Origin: an uncultured Rhodopirellula sp.
Lineage (GTDB): Bacteria > Planctomycetota > Planctomycetia > Pirellulales > Pirellulaceae
NCBI GenBank assembly: GCA_964007735.1
Contig: CAXGAI010000010.1
Span: 62,001-126,000, forward strand
DNA length: 64,000 nucleotides
Reading direction: 5' to 3'
Shown here one piece after another: positions 20,558 through 32,658 of the stretch. The position numbers and the translations under genes were made by a program. The notes beneath the pieces were generated by a model, which saw only the letters and a list, made by a program, of their open reading frames with translations, was not told the origin of the DNA and searched no databases. Every line of letters starts with the position of its first letter. The first letter of the stretch is position 1.

Positions 20558-22612
20558 ATGCCCAACAAGTTGGCTGACGAATCCAGTCCATACCTCCTGC
20601 AACATCAAAACAATCCAGTCGATTGGTACCCCTGGGGTAACGAAGCGTTGCAACGAGCCAAAGACGAACGCAAACCAATCTTTCTCTCCATCGGTTACTC
20701 GGCCTGTCACTGGTGTCATGTGATGGAGCATGAGAGTTTCGAAGATGAAGCGATCGCAAATTTACTCAACGAAAAATTCATTAATATTAAGGTCGATCGG
20801 GAAGAACGACCGGATCTTGACCAGATCTATATGAATGCCGTTCAGATTCTTACCGGCCACGGTGGTTGGCCGATGAGCGTGTTCCTGACTCCCGAATTAA
20901 AGCCCTTCTTTGGTGGAACCTATTGGCCACCTCAACAACGCGGACAGATGCCCGGTTTCACCCAGATCATCGAAGGTGTCGACCGAGCATGGGTAAATCG
21001 AAATGATCAGGCTCTGGCCTATGCCGACGAACTGACTGAAAAGCTTCAGCGGGTGGGCTTTGGTAAATTAGATGACAATCAATCGCTTTCTAATGAGTAT
21101 ATCGACGCGGCATGTGTTGCCTTAGAAAACAACTTCGACTTCCAGCACGGTGGTTTTGGAACGGCTCCGAAATTCCCCAATGCCATGAACCTAGAACTGC
21201 TGCTGCGATGCTGGACTCGAACGGAGAATCAAACCTTACTAGATATGGTTCGCCTCAATCTAGATAAGATGGCGTTGGGTGGTATTTATGATCATCTAGG
21301 TGGCGGCTTTGCCCGTTATAGTGTCGATGCCCGCTGGTTAGTACCACACTTCGAAAAAATGCTCTATGACAATGGGCAGTTAGTTGACATTTATCTGCAC
21401 GCTTATCAGGTCACAGGAAGTAAGCTTTATGAACAGACGGTTCGCGATACCTGTGACTACATCCTGCACACGATGACGGATCCGAAGTACGGATGTTTCT
21501 TTAGTACGGAAGATGCGGACAGTGAAGGGGAAGAGGGTAAGTTCTACGTTTGGTCAAAAGCGGAAGTCCTTGATATTTTAGGACATGAGTCCGGAGAAAC
21601 ATTCTGCCAAACCTATGACATCACTGAACGCGGTAACTTTGAAGGCCATAATATTCCAAATCTGGCTAATCCTCTGGAAAACCAAAACGATTTTTCCAAA
21701 GCGAAACAGCGTTTACTTGAACATCGATCCAAACGTATCCGTCCCGGCCTCGACGACAAGGTATTGGTCAGTTGGAACGCCTTGATGATTCAATCAATGG
21801 CTCAGGCAGGTGTCATTCTGAACGAACCCCGGTATCTTAATGCGGCAGTCCAGGCATCGGAATTTATTCTGAAACATATGACGAAGTCTACGGAAGGGGA
21901 AAGCCTGCGTTTGCTTCATAGCTGGCGTCATGGTAAAGCCAAGCTCAATGCCTATCTCGACGACTACAGTTACCTGGCCAACGCTTATACGACGCTTTAC
22001 GAATGTACAGCAGACAGTCAATGGCTCGATCAGGCTGTTGCATTAACTGAAACGTCCTTAAAACACTTTTTAGATCGGCAGGGAGGTGGATTTTTCTTTA
22101 CCTCTGATGACCATGAGCAACTCATAACGCGTAATAAAGACAGTTTTGATTCCAGTGTCCCCAGCGGCAATTCGATGATGGCTTATGTCTTAGTAAGGCT
22201 CGGGAAACTTTGTAACAACACCCAATGGCTGGAAATCGCGGAACAGACAATTCAAAATTCAGCGGTCGTCCTGCAGCGTGCACCCAGTGGTTGTGGCCAA
22301 ATGATGTTAGCACTGGATTTATTACTCAATGACACTCAGGAATTAGTTATCGCCACAGACCAGGAGGGCGAACAAAACGAGTTAAGGCAACAACTTTACT
22401 CTGGATTTATTCCACGACGAACTATTGCTTACATCAACCATGCCGCTGCGAATTCCACCGCCAATGCCCTTAGCGAGCTTGGGAAAACCCGAACACTCAT
22501 CGACAATCAAACTACCGTTTACATCTGCCAAAACTTTTCGTGTCAAAAACCGCTTTCGAATCGTGGCGAAATCAAGTCTGCATTCGATACAATGAAAGCA
22601 TCATTTCCCTGA
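20558..22612 (+). CDS. YyaL/DUF255 thioredoxin-domain protein
   Basis: [54 protein letters not shown]. Confidence 0.92.
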   Translation: MPNKLADESSPYLLQHQNNPVDWYPWGNEALQRAKDERKPIFLSIGYSACHWCHVMEHESFEDEAIANLLNEKFINIKVDREERPDLDQIYMNAVQILTGHGGWPMSVFLTPELKPFFGGTYWPPQQRGQMPGFTQIIEGVDRAWVNRNDQALAYADELTEKLQRVGFGKLDDNQSLSNEYIDAACVALENNFDFQHGGFGTAPKFPNAMNLELLLRCWTRTENQTLLDMVRLNLDKMALGGIYDHLGGGFARYSVDARWLVPHFEKMLYDNGQLVDIYLHAYQVTGSKLYEQTVRDTCDYILHTMTDPKYGCFFSTEDADSEGEEGKFYVWSKAEVLDILGHESGETFCQTYDITERGNFEGHNIPNLANPLENQNDFSKAKQRLLEHRSKRIRPGLDDKVLVSWNALMIQSMAQAGVILNEPRYLNAAVQASEFILKHMTKSTEGESLRLLHSWRHGKAKLNAYLDDYSYLANAYTTLYECTADSQWLDQAVALTETSLKHFLDRQGGGFFFTSDDHEQLITRNKDSFDSSVPSGNSMMAYVLVRLGKLCNNTQWLEIAEQTIQNSAVVLQRAPSGCGQMMLALDLLLNDTQELVIATDQEGEQNELRQQLYSGFIPRRTIAYINHAAANSTANALSELGKTRTLIDNQTTVYICQNFSCQKPLSNRGEIKSAFDTMKASFP

Positions 22613-22654
22613 TTATCAATAGAACTTCGGCACACGAAGTTACGAGTAAGCAAC

Positions 22655-23923
22655 ATGTGGGCACGTAAACGCTTCGATCTTAGCTGGCTGGATATTGGCT
22701 ACGGCTTACTCCAATGTGTGCGGATAGGTGGTAGCGTTGAACCCCACTACGTTAACCAAACCTGGAAAGACTCTCGCCATCCGTTTACTTGCCTGAGCGT
22801 TCGCACTGGCTTTGACCTTTTGCTCAGCGCTCTAAATTTACCCAAGAATAGCGAAATCATCGTTAGTGCGTTAACGATTGAGGGCATGCTAAAAATCATT
22901 GAAGAACATGGGCTGGTTGCTGTACCGGTCGATATTGAAACGGATACACTGGCTCCTTCAGTCGACCAAATCGAGTCACTGATTACAGACAAAACTAAAC
23001 TGATTCTGATCGCTCATCTTTTTGGCTCACGGATCAAATTGGATGCTATTGCTCAAATCGCTCAAAAACATCAACTGCTACTGATCGAAGATTGTGCTCA
23101 ACAATTTGACGGTATGCCTGAAGGACGACAGGATGTGGCTGATGTTTCGATGTATAGTTTTGGTCCTATTAAAACTGCGACGGCATTGGGCGGAGCCGTC
23201 TTTTCGGTAGCTCAGAAAGAGCTTGCTGATCAACTGACAAATCTGGAATCTAAGTACCCTAAACGCTCACGAAGTTTCTTCTTTCGCCGTTTATTAAAAT
23301 ACAGTTTTCTAAAGTTCATTTCATATCGACTGACGTTTGCAATGTTTGTCGGCATCATGAAATTAATGGGCAGAGACTACAACAAACTTTTAAAGAAGAG
23401 TACTCGGGGTTTCTCAGGCTCTGACTTTTTCAGCCTGATTCGTCGGCGGCCAAGTTCACCATTAGTCGTCTTACTTGCCAGAAAATTACAACGCTTTAAT
23501 GGAAAATCAATCACGATTCAGCGCAAATTAGGAGACTACCTGAAAACAACCCTCAATGACCAGTCAGGACATCAGGTGGCGGGGAATAATGCCCCTTCTA
23601 ACCACTACTGGGTATTCCCTACATTGGTCAATGATCCAGCCGCAGTGGAATTGAGTTTGCGAGCAGCCGGCGTCGATGCAGACCGACGTGGGAGTATGGT
23701 GGTCGTTCAACCACCGGAGGGTCATACCTGCAGTTATCCGGAAAACGCTGAGTACATTTTGAAGAGTTCCGTATTCCTACCGGTGTATAAACCGATGACC
23801 AAACAGACCATGGATATGCTTGCCGCTGCGGTAGACATGGGGGATACGCCAGCAGACTTTATGTCGACTCGCGCCGATGCTTGTGTCCATAGCGTCCCTG
23901 AAAGTCTTGCGCAGGATACTTAA
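22655..23923 (+). CDS. DegT/DnrJ/EryC1/StrS-family PLP-dependent aminotransferase
   Basis: AHLFG, LIEDCAQ, SFGPIKTATALGGA (PLP lysine). Confidence 0.8.
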   Translation: MWARKRFDLSWLDIGYGLLQCVRIGGSVEPHYVNQTWKDSRHPFTCLSVRTGFDLLLSALNLPKNSEIIVSALTIEGMLKIIEEHGLVAVPVDIETDTLAPSVDQIESLITDKTKLILIAHLFGSRIKLDAIAQIAQKHQLLLIEDCAQQFDGMPEGRQDVADVSMYSFGPIKTATALGGAVFSVAQKELADQLTNLESKYPKRSRSFFFRRLLKYSFLKFISYRLTFAMFVGIMKLMGRDYNKLLKKSTRGFSGSDFFSLIRRRPSSPLVVLLARKLQRFNGKSITIQRKLGDYLKTTLNDQSGHQVAGNNAPSNHYWVFPTLVNDPAAVELSLRAAGVDADRRGSMVVVQPPEGHTCSYPENAEYILKSSVFLPVYKPMTKQTMDMLAAAVDMGDTPADFMSTRADACVHSVPESLAQDT

Positions 23924-24233
23924 TCCTGTTCTTTTGCATTTTTCTTTCGATCGTATCTGAGACGTCGATTCCAAGTTGATTTGCCAATGCCAAGGCATAG
24001 CACATCACGTCAGCCAATTCTTCGCCAATCGCTTCCAGCTTTTCCGAATCCTGCGTAACTTCCCGGGATTCAGCCATCGAAATCCACTGGAAGTGTTCCA
24101 TTAATTCCGCTGCTTCGATTGCGATCGACATGCTAATGTTCTTTGGTGAATGAAACTGATTCCAATCTCTTTCATCTACAAAATCAGCGATCAATCCTGC
24201 CAACTCACTGACGGTTGTTGTTCGATCATTCAT
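23859..24233 (-). CDS. MazG-like nucleotide pyrophosphohydrolase (dCTP pyrophosphatase-like)
   Basis: ERDWNQFHSPKN, IEAAELMEHFQW, EELADV, KMQKNRIKYP. Confidence 0.9.
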   Translation of the reverse strand: MNDRTTTVSELAGLIADFVDERDWNQFHSPKNISMSIAIEAAELMEHFQWISMAESREVTQDSEKLEAIGEELADVMCYALALANQLGIDVSDTIERKMQKNRIKYPAQDFQGRYGHKHRREST

Positions 24234-25414
24234 TACTGCTTATCCTGTGACTTCAGATAAGAGGCTGTCGCTTCCTGATATACGGTTTGAATGGAAACTT
24301 CATTGGCTTCACTAATTCTGCGACATGCTTCATACTCAGGCGAAAAACGTTGAGCTCCGCCGGGTAACGTTGCAAGCTTTCCTTCTAAAGTCCCCCATCG
24401 GGTTTCCACATCATGAGATTCTCGGGGCAAAACATGTCGACTAGCTAACCACTTACGAATACCAATCGTCGAAGTTTGCTTGAAGAGAATTCTCTCGAGT
24501 CGCTGAACATCGGCTGCCCAGCACAATACCGTCAGCTTCACTCCCGGCCGGTTCTTCTTCATTTGTATTGAGGACGAATAGACATCCAAAGCTCCGGCTT
24601 CGCCAAGCAACTGAGCACAATGCCCAATAATTTCACCGGAAGTATCATCGAGGTTCGTTTCTAGAACCCAAACTTGGTCGGCCACCGAAGACTCGTCTGC
24701 ATCGCCAACCAACAATCGAAGGATATTGCCCTGTGTTTCCAGTTCTTTGTCTCCGGCACCGTAGGCGATCGTATCAATTTTCATCGGTGGCAGATGGCCA
24801 AATTGATCAACAATCGTCGACACGATCGCAGCTCCCGTCGGAGTCGTCAATTCACACTCGACGTCACTCCGAGCAATAGGGATTCCCTTTAATAATTCAG
24901 CCGTCGCGGGAGCCGGAATACTAACGCGACCATGCGCGATTTTTACAAAGCCATGACCGGTAGGGATGGGTGAACACTCAATTCGCTCCACACCTAACAG
25001 ATCCCAGCCAATCGCACTACCTACAATATCAGCAATCGAATCCACCGCACCAACTTCGTGAAAATGGACTTGGCGAAGTGTCGATCCATGCACGTGAGCT
25101 TCTGCTTCCCCTAGCCGGGTAAAAATGCGTTTTGCCAGTTCCTTTTGCGAACTTGTAAGGACATCACTTCCATCAATCATCTCAGTAATGTGATGCAAAT
25201 GGCGATGAGCATGTTCCGGTTCATGCTCTACCGTCACACTTGTTGCTCGAAATCCTTTCTTTTTGACTTCCGTGGCTACCAACCGGCAGTCCGGCAAACC
25301 GAGAGAGTCGATCCCCGCTTGAATGGCCTCTAAATCAACCCCGGCATCCACTAAGGCACCTAACGTCATATCTCCGGATATCCCACTCATGCAATCCAAA
25401 TAAGCAATCTTCAT
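24233..25414 (-). CDS. larC: Nickel pincer cofactor biosynthesis protein LarC (single full-length ORF)
   Basis: MKIAYLDCMSGISGDMTLGAL, HEPEHAHRH, VHFHEVGAVDSIADIVG, LTTPTGAA, LETNLDD, MKKNRPG, PEYE. Confidence 0.93.
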   Translation of the reverse strand: MKIAYLDCMSGISGDMTLGALVDAGVDLEAIQAGIDSLGLPDCRLVATEVKKKGFRATSVTVEHEPEHAHRHLHHITEMIDGSDVLTSSQKELAKRIFTRLGEAEAHVHGSTLRQVHFHEVGAVDSIADIVGSAIGWDLLGVERIECSPIPTGHGFVKIAHGRVSIPAPATAELLKGIPIARSDVECELTTPTGAAIVSTIVDQFGHLPPMKIDTIAYGAGDKELETQGNILRLLVGDADESSVADQVWVLETNLDDTSGEIIGHCAQLLGEAGALDVYSSSIQMKKNRPGVKLTVLCWAADVQRLERILFKQTSTIGIRKWLASRHVLPRESHDVETRWGTLEGKLATLPGGAQRFSPEYEACRRISEANEVSIQTVYQEATASYLKSQDKQ

Positions 25415-25511
25415 CTCTCTTCTTTCATCGTTTGGATGTGACTCAGCGCCGAGCTTTCTCACGGACGCTTCGTATAATATACCGTAGTCCGCACATGGTA
25501 GAATATGGCCC

Positions 25512-26315
25512 ATGGCTAAGTACAAAAACAAACCGCCCTGGCAATTACCTCAAGGTGTGTCACATGGATTGTGGGATTATACGCAGTCAGAATTCATCGC
25601 TGAGGACTACGACGAGTATTTTTCATACACAAGTTTGTTCGAACTTGATCAGAGTATCGTACTCGATACGCTTGAGCGAGTAGGCCGAAAGGGAGATTTG
25701 GTTGCCGATCTAGGTTGCGGAACAGGTCGTGCATTAGAGCCTGTTGTTCAGTCAGGCTATCGTGGATTGGCGATCGATCTTTCCTGGCCCATGTTACGTG
25801 TAGTGCAGCAAAAGTCTAACGAACAAAATCTAAACATTCAGTGCCTGCGAGCAAATCTCGTGGAATTGGGGATCTTGGCTAACCATTCAGTCGATCATTG
25901 TATCTGCCTGTTCAGTACACTGGGGATGATCAGTGGAGCAGGAAATCGCCAAACGTGTATGGAACATATCTCAAGAATACTCAAGCCTAAAGGTCGCTTC
26001 ATACTCCACATCCATAACTACTGGTACAACCTTTATGACCCCGGTGGGCCCAAATGGTTAATCGGAAATTGGTTTAAAAGCTTGTTTTCTTCCAGAGTGG
26101 AGCGAGGTGACCGGCACTTTAGTTATCGCGGAGTTCCCAACATGTTTTTACATGTTTTTCGCTATCGTGAAATCAAAAAGGCCCTCGCAAAAGCGGGATT
26201 GCGTATTGAAAAGACGGTGCCGCTGCATGCAAAACGTCAAAAACCGCTCTCCAAGCCCTGGCTATGGCGGGACTTGCGTGCCAATGGGTGGATCTTCGTG
26301 ATTCGCCATCGATAA
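25512..26315 (+). CDS. Class I SAM-dependent methyltransferase
   Basis: VADLGCGTGR, AIDLS, ISRILKPKGRFI. Confidence 0.88.
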   Translation: MAKYKNKPPWQLPQGVSHGLWDYTQSEFIAEDYDEYFSYTSLFELDQSIVLDTLERVGRKGDLVADLGCGTGRALEPVVQSGYRGLAIDLSWPMLRVVQQKSNEQNLNIQCLRANLVELGILANHSVDHCICLFSTLGMISGAGNRQTCMEHISRILKPKGRFILHIHNYWYNLYDPGGPKWLIGNWFKSLFSSRVERGDRHFSYRGVPNMFLHVFRYREIKKALAKAGLRIEKTVPLHAKRQKPLSKPWLWRDLRANGWIFVIRHR

Positions 26316-26495
26316 CGCAACGTTCAAACGCGTGAATACGAGTTATTCAATCTTGGGTTTTAGCCCGTTGTGAGGTTTACAATACGAGTTTATAATTTCG
26401 TTTTTGACGCAAAATGAGTCCAAAAACACTTGTTTTAGCGACCGGTGAGAATGTGAGTCACATCTGATTCACAAGTACCATATAGAAGCTCTTAA

Positions 26496-27542
<1,047 letters not shown>

Positions 27543-27573
27543 TTTCAAGTTATCGCCTAACCAAGGTATAACT

Positions 27574-27606
27574 AACCGCAGAGGTTTTCAGCCTCTGCGG
27601 TTTTTT
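27574..27606 (+). terminator. Intrinsic terminator after gap
   Basis: AACCGCAGAGG-TTTTCAG-CCTCTGCGGTTTTTT. Confidence 0.85.
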
Positions 27607-27632
27607 CATGACATCTCAAATCGACAGACACT

Positions 27633-29315
27633 ATGATCCACTTTAAAGAACTCAATGCACCTCGCCCCAACATCAATGACATTGCTGACGAAAGCTCTGC
27701 AATTCTGGATAAAATTCAGTCTTCGAAGCAACTAGATGATGTTCTCAACTCAATGAAGCAATGGGACCAACAACGACGTGAAGTGGGTACTTACCTCGCT
27801 TTGGTCTATCTCCGATTCACTCAAAACACTGCGGATGAACAGGCAAAATCCGAGAAGGACCAATCTGATAAGATGCGTCCTAAATTGACCGAATTGGACA
27901 ATCGTATTAAAAAAGCCTTGGTTCAGCATGCTTGCAGAAATGAACTTGAGCAACAAGTCGGTTCACAAATGTTCAGTCTGTGGGAATCGGAAATCCCAAC
28001 CTTCGACCCCGCGATTGCCGACGATCTGATTGAAGAATCTGGGCTGGAATCTCAGTACACCACCCTGACAGCCTCCGCTGAGTTTGAATTTAACAATGAA
28101 ACTCATAACCATTCCACGATTGGAAAGTACCGTGAATATGCTGACCGTGATGTGCGATACGGAGCGGAACAGGTTAAGTGGCAATGGTTCAAAGAAAATG
28201 GCGAAGAACTCGACGATATTTATCACACGATGGTGAACCTACGTCACGGTATGGCTCAAAAGCTCGGCTTCAGCAACTATGTTGAACTCGGGTATTTAAA
28301 GATGTGCCGCGTGGACTACAACCAGGCAGACGTGGCACGGTATCGTCAAATGGTACAGCGACATGTCACTCCGCTGGGAAATATCATTCGCCGGCAACAG
28401 GCGGAACAACTCGGTATCGAAAAAACCATGTACTGGGATGAAGCGGTCTATTACCACGAAGGAAACCCACTGCCACCACAGGAATATGACGCCATGATTA
28501 AATTGGCGCAGGACATGTTTGAACAGCAAGGCTATGGTCTTGATAAATTCTTCAAATTAATGACCGATGGCGGTTACATGGACCTGCAGAGTCGTAAGGG
28601 AAAAGCTGGCGGGGGTTATTGCATGTCATTCGATACGATTGGCATGCCGTTCATTTTTGCTAACTTCAAGGGCACGCGTGCGGATGTGGAAGTCTTCACG
28701 CATGAAATGGGGCACGCGTTCCAAGGATATATGAGTCGGAACCAACCATGGACTGACTACCTCTGGCCGACCTATGAGTCGTGCGAAATCCACTCGATGG
28801 GCCTCGAGTTTCTGACCTATCCACAGATGGATCTGTTCTTCGGAGAACGTGCCGATCAATTTCGACGCATTCACTTATCTAGTAGTCTGATGTTTCTACC
28901 TTACGGAGTAAGTGTGGATGAATTCCAACATCGCGTCTACGAAAAGCCTGATGCTACCCGACATGAACGGCATGCCATGTGGAAAGAGATAGAACAGACT
29001 TATATGCCGTTCGTGGATTACGGTGACCTGCCACATGCTCCTAAAGGTGGACGTTGGCATGACAAGCAACATATCTTCCGCTCACCGTTCTATTACATTG
29101 ATTACACACTTGCTCAGACGTGTGCGTTGCAGTTCTGGATTCGTGCAGAACAGAATCGCAGTCAAGCGATGGAAGATTACGTTGCATTATGTAAACGCGG
29201 GGGCGAAGCGCCTTTCCAGCAACTGGTGAAAGACGCCCATCTCATTAGTCCATTCGAAGAGGGATGCCTGGAAAGTGTCGTAAAACAAAGTCGGGCAACT
29301 CTGGGACTTGAGTGA
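27633..29315 (+). CDS. M3-family oligoendopeptidase (PepF-like)
   Basis: KGKAGGGYC, THEMGHAFQ (HExxH), ESCEIHSMGLE, PFYYIDY. Confidence 0.92.
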   Translation: MIHFKELNAPRPNINDIADESSAILDKIQSSKQLDDVLNSMKQWDQQRREVGTYLALVYLRFTQNTADEQAKSEKDQSDKMRPKLTELDNRIKKALVQHACRNELEQQVGSQMFSLWESEIPTFDPAIADDLIEESGLESQYTTLTASAEFEFNNETHNHSTIGKYREYADRDVRYGAEQVKWQWFKENGEELDDIYHTMVNLRHGMAQKLGFSNYVELGYLKMCRVDYNQADVARYRQMVQRHVTPLGNIIRRQQAEQLGIEKTMYWDEAVYYHEGNPLPPQEYDAMIKLAQDMFEQQGYGLDKFFKLMTDGGYMDLQSRKGKAGGGYCMSFDTIGMPFIFANFKGTRADVEVFTHEMGHAFQGYMSRNQPWTDYLWPTYESCEIHSMGLEFLTYPQMDLFFGERADQFRRIHLSSSLMFLPYGVSVDEFQHRVYEKPDATRHERHAMWKEIEQTYMPFVDYGDLPHAPKGGRWHDKQHIFRSPFYYIDYTLAQTCALQFWIRAEQNRSQAMEDYVALCKRGGEAPFQQLVKDAHLISPFEEGCLESVVKQSRATLGLE

Positions 29316-29329
29316 GTAGGTAAATTCTC

Positions 29330-30574
29330 ATGAAGCATCTGCTCCACTCACTGACGTTCCTATTAATCCTCTTTGTTTCCACGCTCACTGCCTGCCTGTG
29401 GGACACCGATACACTGAACGAGGAAATGAGTGAGTCACCAACGGCTATTCACTTGGTAACCGGAGCATTTCCCCGACACAGCAAAGCATTCTATCGCTGG
29501 CGCATCGAAGATCGAACGGCCAAACTCGCACAAGGCAATGATGATCCTTTACATTACGACGACATTGCCGTTGCTCATGACAAACTCAATGAACAAGACA
29601 AGGCGATTGAATGGATAAAACGCAAAGAAGAGAAATACCCGGGTAACTATGAAACCTATGCAAATCTGGGAACATTCCATATTCATAGCGGTAATTTTCT
29701 GCAGGGTATTGCATATCTTGAAAAGGCTCTCGAAATTAACCCGGCTGCGCACTTCAACCGTGAACGATACCAGCTTTATGTTGCGCGTTATCTGCAATAC
29801 CGTACTCAACATGGACAGTTTAAGGACGGTAACTTTTTATTACCACTCAGTCGCGACCCATATCTGAGGCAACGTAATTCCGAATCCCAGGATCATGACG
29901 GAAAGGTTCCCGAAAAGGGGATCAATAACTTTTACTCCTTCATTGCAAACGATCTGGCCGATAAGACTGCGAAACAATACAACCCTGCTTATGTTCAAAT
30001 GTCCGACGAAGAAACAGCCAAAGCCATTCAAGGGATCCTAGGGATGATGAGATTTGGCCACCATAACTCACCCATCCTTCTGGAATGTCTAGCCGATCTT
30101 CTCGTCCCTCACCCTAACGATGGTGTTGGTAACCGCATTGCTGCGCGAGCATTACTTAAAGCCTCCTATGAAGTGGAGGACGAAACCGCCCGGGAAATGT
30201 ACTATGAAAAAGCATGTCGTGCGATCTTCCATCAAGAAGGGGTTGAAATTATTCCGCTGAAAGAAGCTTTCGATCGTGAATTATCACAAGCTGAAGAGTA
30301 TTATGCTGAACTGGTTGCCCTGGAAAAATCCTGGATTGAATTAGGGGAAGATGTCGAGGAAAAATTCCGTGCTAAATTTTATCAACGAAGCAAAGAGGAT
30401 GGAAATCTGGCTTATTTCCCTGTTGAATTTGAACAAATCTCAAGAAACTCCGCACCCACTGGACCATCGCCGCCCTATCGCATCTTCATCCTACTCGCTT
30501 CGCTAACACTGAGTGTCTCCATTGCAGGGCACCTATTACCACGAATATTAAGATCGCGCAAAGGCAATTTATAG
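29330..30574 (+). CDS. Exported TPR-containing protein with a C-terminal membrane anchor
   Basis: Signal/lipobox-like LTA-C; TPR (YANLGTFHIHSGNFLQGIAYLEKALEINP); C-terminal hydrophobic helix. Confidence 0.75.
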   Translation: MKHLLHSLTFLLILFVSTLTACLWDTDTLNEEMSESPTAIHLVTGAFPRHSKAFYRWRIEDRTAKLAQGNDDPLHYDDIAVAHDKLNEQDKAIEWIKRKEEKYPGNYETYANLGTFHIHSGNFLQGIAYLEKALEINPAAHFNRERYQLYVARYLQYRTQHGQFKDGNFLLPLSRDPYLRQRNSESQDHDGKVPEKGINNFYSFIANDLADKTAKQYNPAYVQMSDEETAKAIQGILGMMRFGHHNSPILLECLADLLVPHPNDGVGNRIAARALLKASYEVEDETAREMYYEKACRAIFHQEGVEIIPLKEAFDRELSQAEEYYAELVALEKSWIELGEDVEEKFRAKFYQRSKEDGNLAYFPVEFEQISRNSAPTGPSPPYRIFILLASLTLSVSIAGHLLPRILRSRKGNL

Positions 30575-30698
30575 GGTACTAACAAAATCCATATTTACCC
30601 GTAACGACTCAAACTTCTATACTTCTCAGTTAATAGTCACTACTTCCTTTTGTAGTGACGGATAACCAGCCATTCCCTTTTGCGTAGAGTTCCAGGAA

Positions 30699-32633
30699 AT
30701 GAAATTCCAACCTACACAACTGATTTCTGTGCGTTACCTCATCCCTCTGTATGTCTTTTCTTTTCTGGCATTGCCGGTCAGCGGACAAAACGCAACAGAA
30801 GAACCTGCGCAGTCCGTTCTCAAGGAAGACACCTCCGCAGAAACCACCTCGGACAATCCGACGGAAGAACCACAGGAGTTCACTCCCCCAGCTATAACTT
30901 TAGGCTCTGCAGCCGGCGAAAAACCTGGCGAATTTGCTTTTAAGCCTTCAACTTTTGAAGGAATCGTCCCTGGCATTTCTAAAAGTGCGGAAGTTACGGA
31001 GAAATTAGGAGCACCGCGAGCGAAAATTGAAACTAGCGATAGTCAGGTTCTAGTCTATGCCATGGAACCTTATGACCGGGTTGGGATTGTCATCAAAGAA
31101 GATCTGGCAGACTCGATTCATCTTCACTTCAAGCGACCAACGGAACTGAAGCAACTAATCACAGAAATGGGTTTAGTCGAAAACACGGCTGTCACTCAGG
31201 CGACCACCTCCGAAAAAGCATTTCTACTTGTCTGGCCGGAACAAGGTATTACGTTCCACTTCAAACGTAACAACGATGTCGATCAGGTATCACGTGTCTC
31301 GTTTACTACCATTCAGGCCGAAGCTTATTTGGAACGCGGAACTCATCGGCAGTGGTTCGATTATGCCGGCGCACTCGCAGATGCCAAAGCGACGCAGACG
31401 CTAACACCCGAAGATGAACGAGCATTTATTCTGGAAGCACAAATCCAGCAACGCATGGGGAATACCAAAGCAACGAACGCCGCTTTAGAAAAAGCTATTG
31501 AACTATCACCTAGTGATACCGATTTACTGTTAATGCAGGCTGGCATTAAAAGCACGGCCAAAGACTCGCACATCATGTTGCAACGTGTTCGTGCAATTCG
31601 TAATAACACTCGTCTTTCACCACTGGTTCGCTCCCGTGCTGCATACATGATGGGCGAGTTGCTGGTAAATTCAGATTCACCAGACTACAAGCAAGCCATG
31701 ATTCATCATACGGAGTCGATCCAGCGGGCGCGGGAACTGATGGAAGATGAAAATCTAGAAATCCAATACAATGCCATGCAATTGGTAATCGAAGGTCATT
31801 TAGCTGTTGCCAGGGATATTGCTCGCGGAACATTTGCCAAAGAAGAGAAGGAATCTGTTGTTCCTAAATGGGTCAATATTTCCTGGGAGTTAACAGACCA
31901 CTTATTACGTCATGACTACCACGACAGTACCATTGGGATGGTGGTTTGCCGCAGAGCTCTCGAAGCTCTGGCATTACTGGACAATGGGGCAGATATCACT
32001 AACTGGATTGAACGAGTGGACCAGATATCGGCTGAATTACAGCAAACAGATGGGGCTTCCCCCGAATATCTGGAACATGTCAAATGGAACTGGGCATTAG
32101 CTCTGTCACATGCCACGGAAGCAGCCCGCAAAGGGAAAGACATTAATCGCGTCCAACAGCTGGGAATGGAATCTTACCAACTCTTCAATCAATTCCTGCA
32201 AGCCGAAACCATCACACCTCAATGGGACAATGTACAAACTCATGCAGCCATGGGAGCACTTTGTTACACCCTTGGTAGTGTCGAAGCCATTGACAAACAA
32301 AATCATGAAGAAGCGTGTAAGTGGTATGACCAAGCTTCCGAATATCTAAAGACGGACGACGTTGAAAAGTTTAGTCGAGGGATGGGGTGGCACGGAGAAC
32401 GCATGGTCAGCATGGGGCTCTCGTACTGGAAAGAAGGCAATCGTCCTAAAGGACTTAATCTCACTAAACGCGGTATCCAGTGGATCGAGCGCGCTGTGCA
32501 AATGCAGGGCTTCTCCAATCAGAACCTGAAAATCCCTTACGGAAATCTCTCTATTATGTATCGTGCTTTGGGACAACCACAGGAAGCCGAGAAGGTTTCT
32601 AACGCTGCAGAGGCTCTATCCAAGCAACGATAG
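30699..32633 (+). CDS. Exported TPR-repeat protein
   Basis: Signal peptide; multiple TPR-like helices (ALEKAIELSP, YGNLSIMYRALGQPQEA). Confidence 0.75.
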   Translation: MKFQPTQLISVRYLIPLYVFSFLALPVSGQNATEEPAQSVLKEDTSAETTSDNPTEEPQEFTPPAITLGSAAGEKPGEFAFKPSTFEGIVPGISKSAEVTEKLGAPRAKIETSDSQVLVYAMEPYDRVGIVIKEDLADSIHLHFKRPTELKQLITEMGLVENTAVTQATTSEKAFLLVWPEQGITFHFKRNNDVDQVSRVSFTTIQAEAYLERGTHRQWFDYAGALADAKATQTLTPEDERAFILEAQIQQRMGNTKATNAALEKAIELSPSDTDLLLMQAGIKSTAKDSHIMLQRVRAIRNNTRLSPLVRSRAAYMMGELLVNSDSPDYKQAMIHHTESIQRARELMEDENLEIQYNAMQLVIEGHLAVARDIARGTFAKEEKESVVPKWVNISWELTDHLLRHDYHDSTIGMVVCRRALEALALLDNGADITNWIERVDQISAELQQTDGASPEYLEHVKWNWALALSHATEAARKGKDINRVQQLGMESYQLFNQFLQAETITPQWDNVQTHAAMGALCYTLGSVEAIDKQNHEEACKWYDQASEYLKTDDVEKFSRGMGWHGERMVSMGLSYWKEGNRPKGLNLTKRGIQWIERAVQMQGFSNQNLKIPYGNLSIMYRALGQPQEAEKVSNAAEALSKQR

Positions 32634-32658
32634 GCCGTCTTTAAGCTGGTACAAAGTC

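Noticed and set aside
25415..25531. ORF-track N-terminal extensions of larC (also panB, fxsA, rpsJ, rplD, gap, the YdhR-like gene and the 14147 ORF)
   Set aside because: Family N-termini, RBS positions or overlaps with neighbouring genes support downstream starts.
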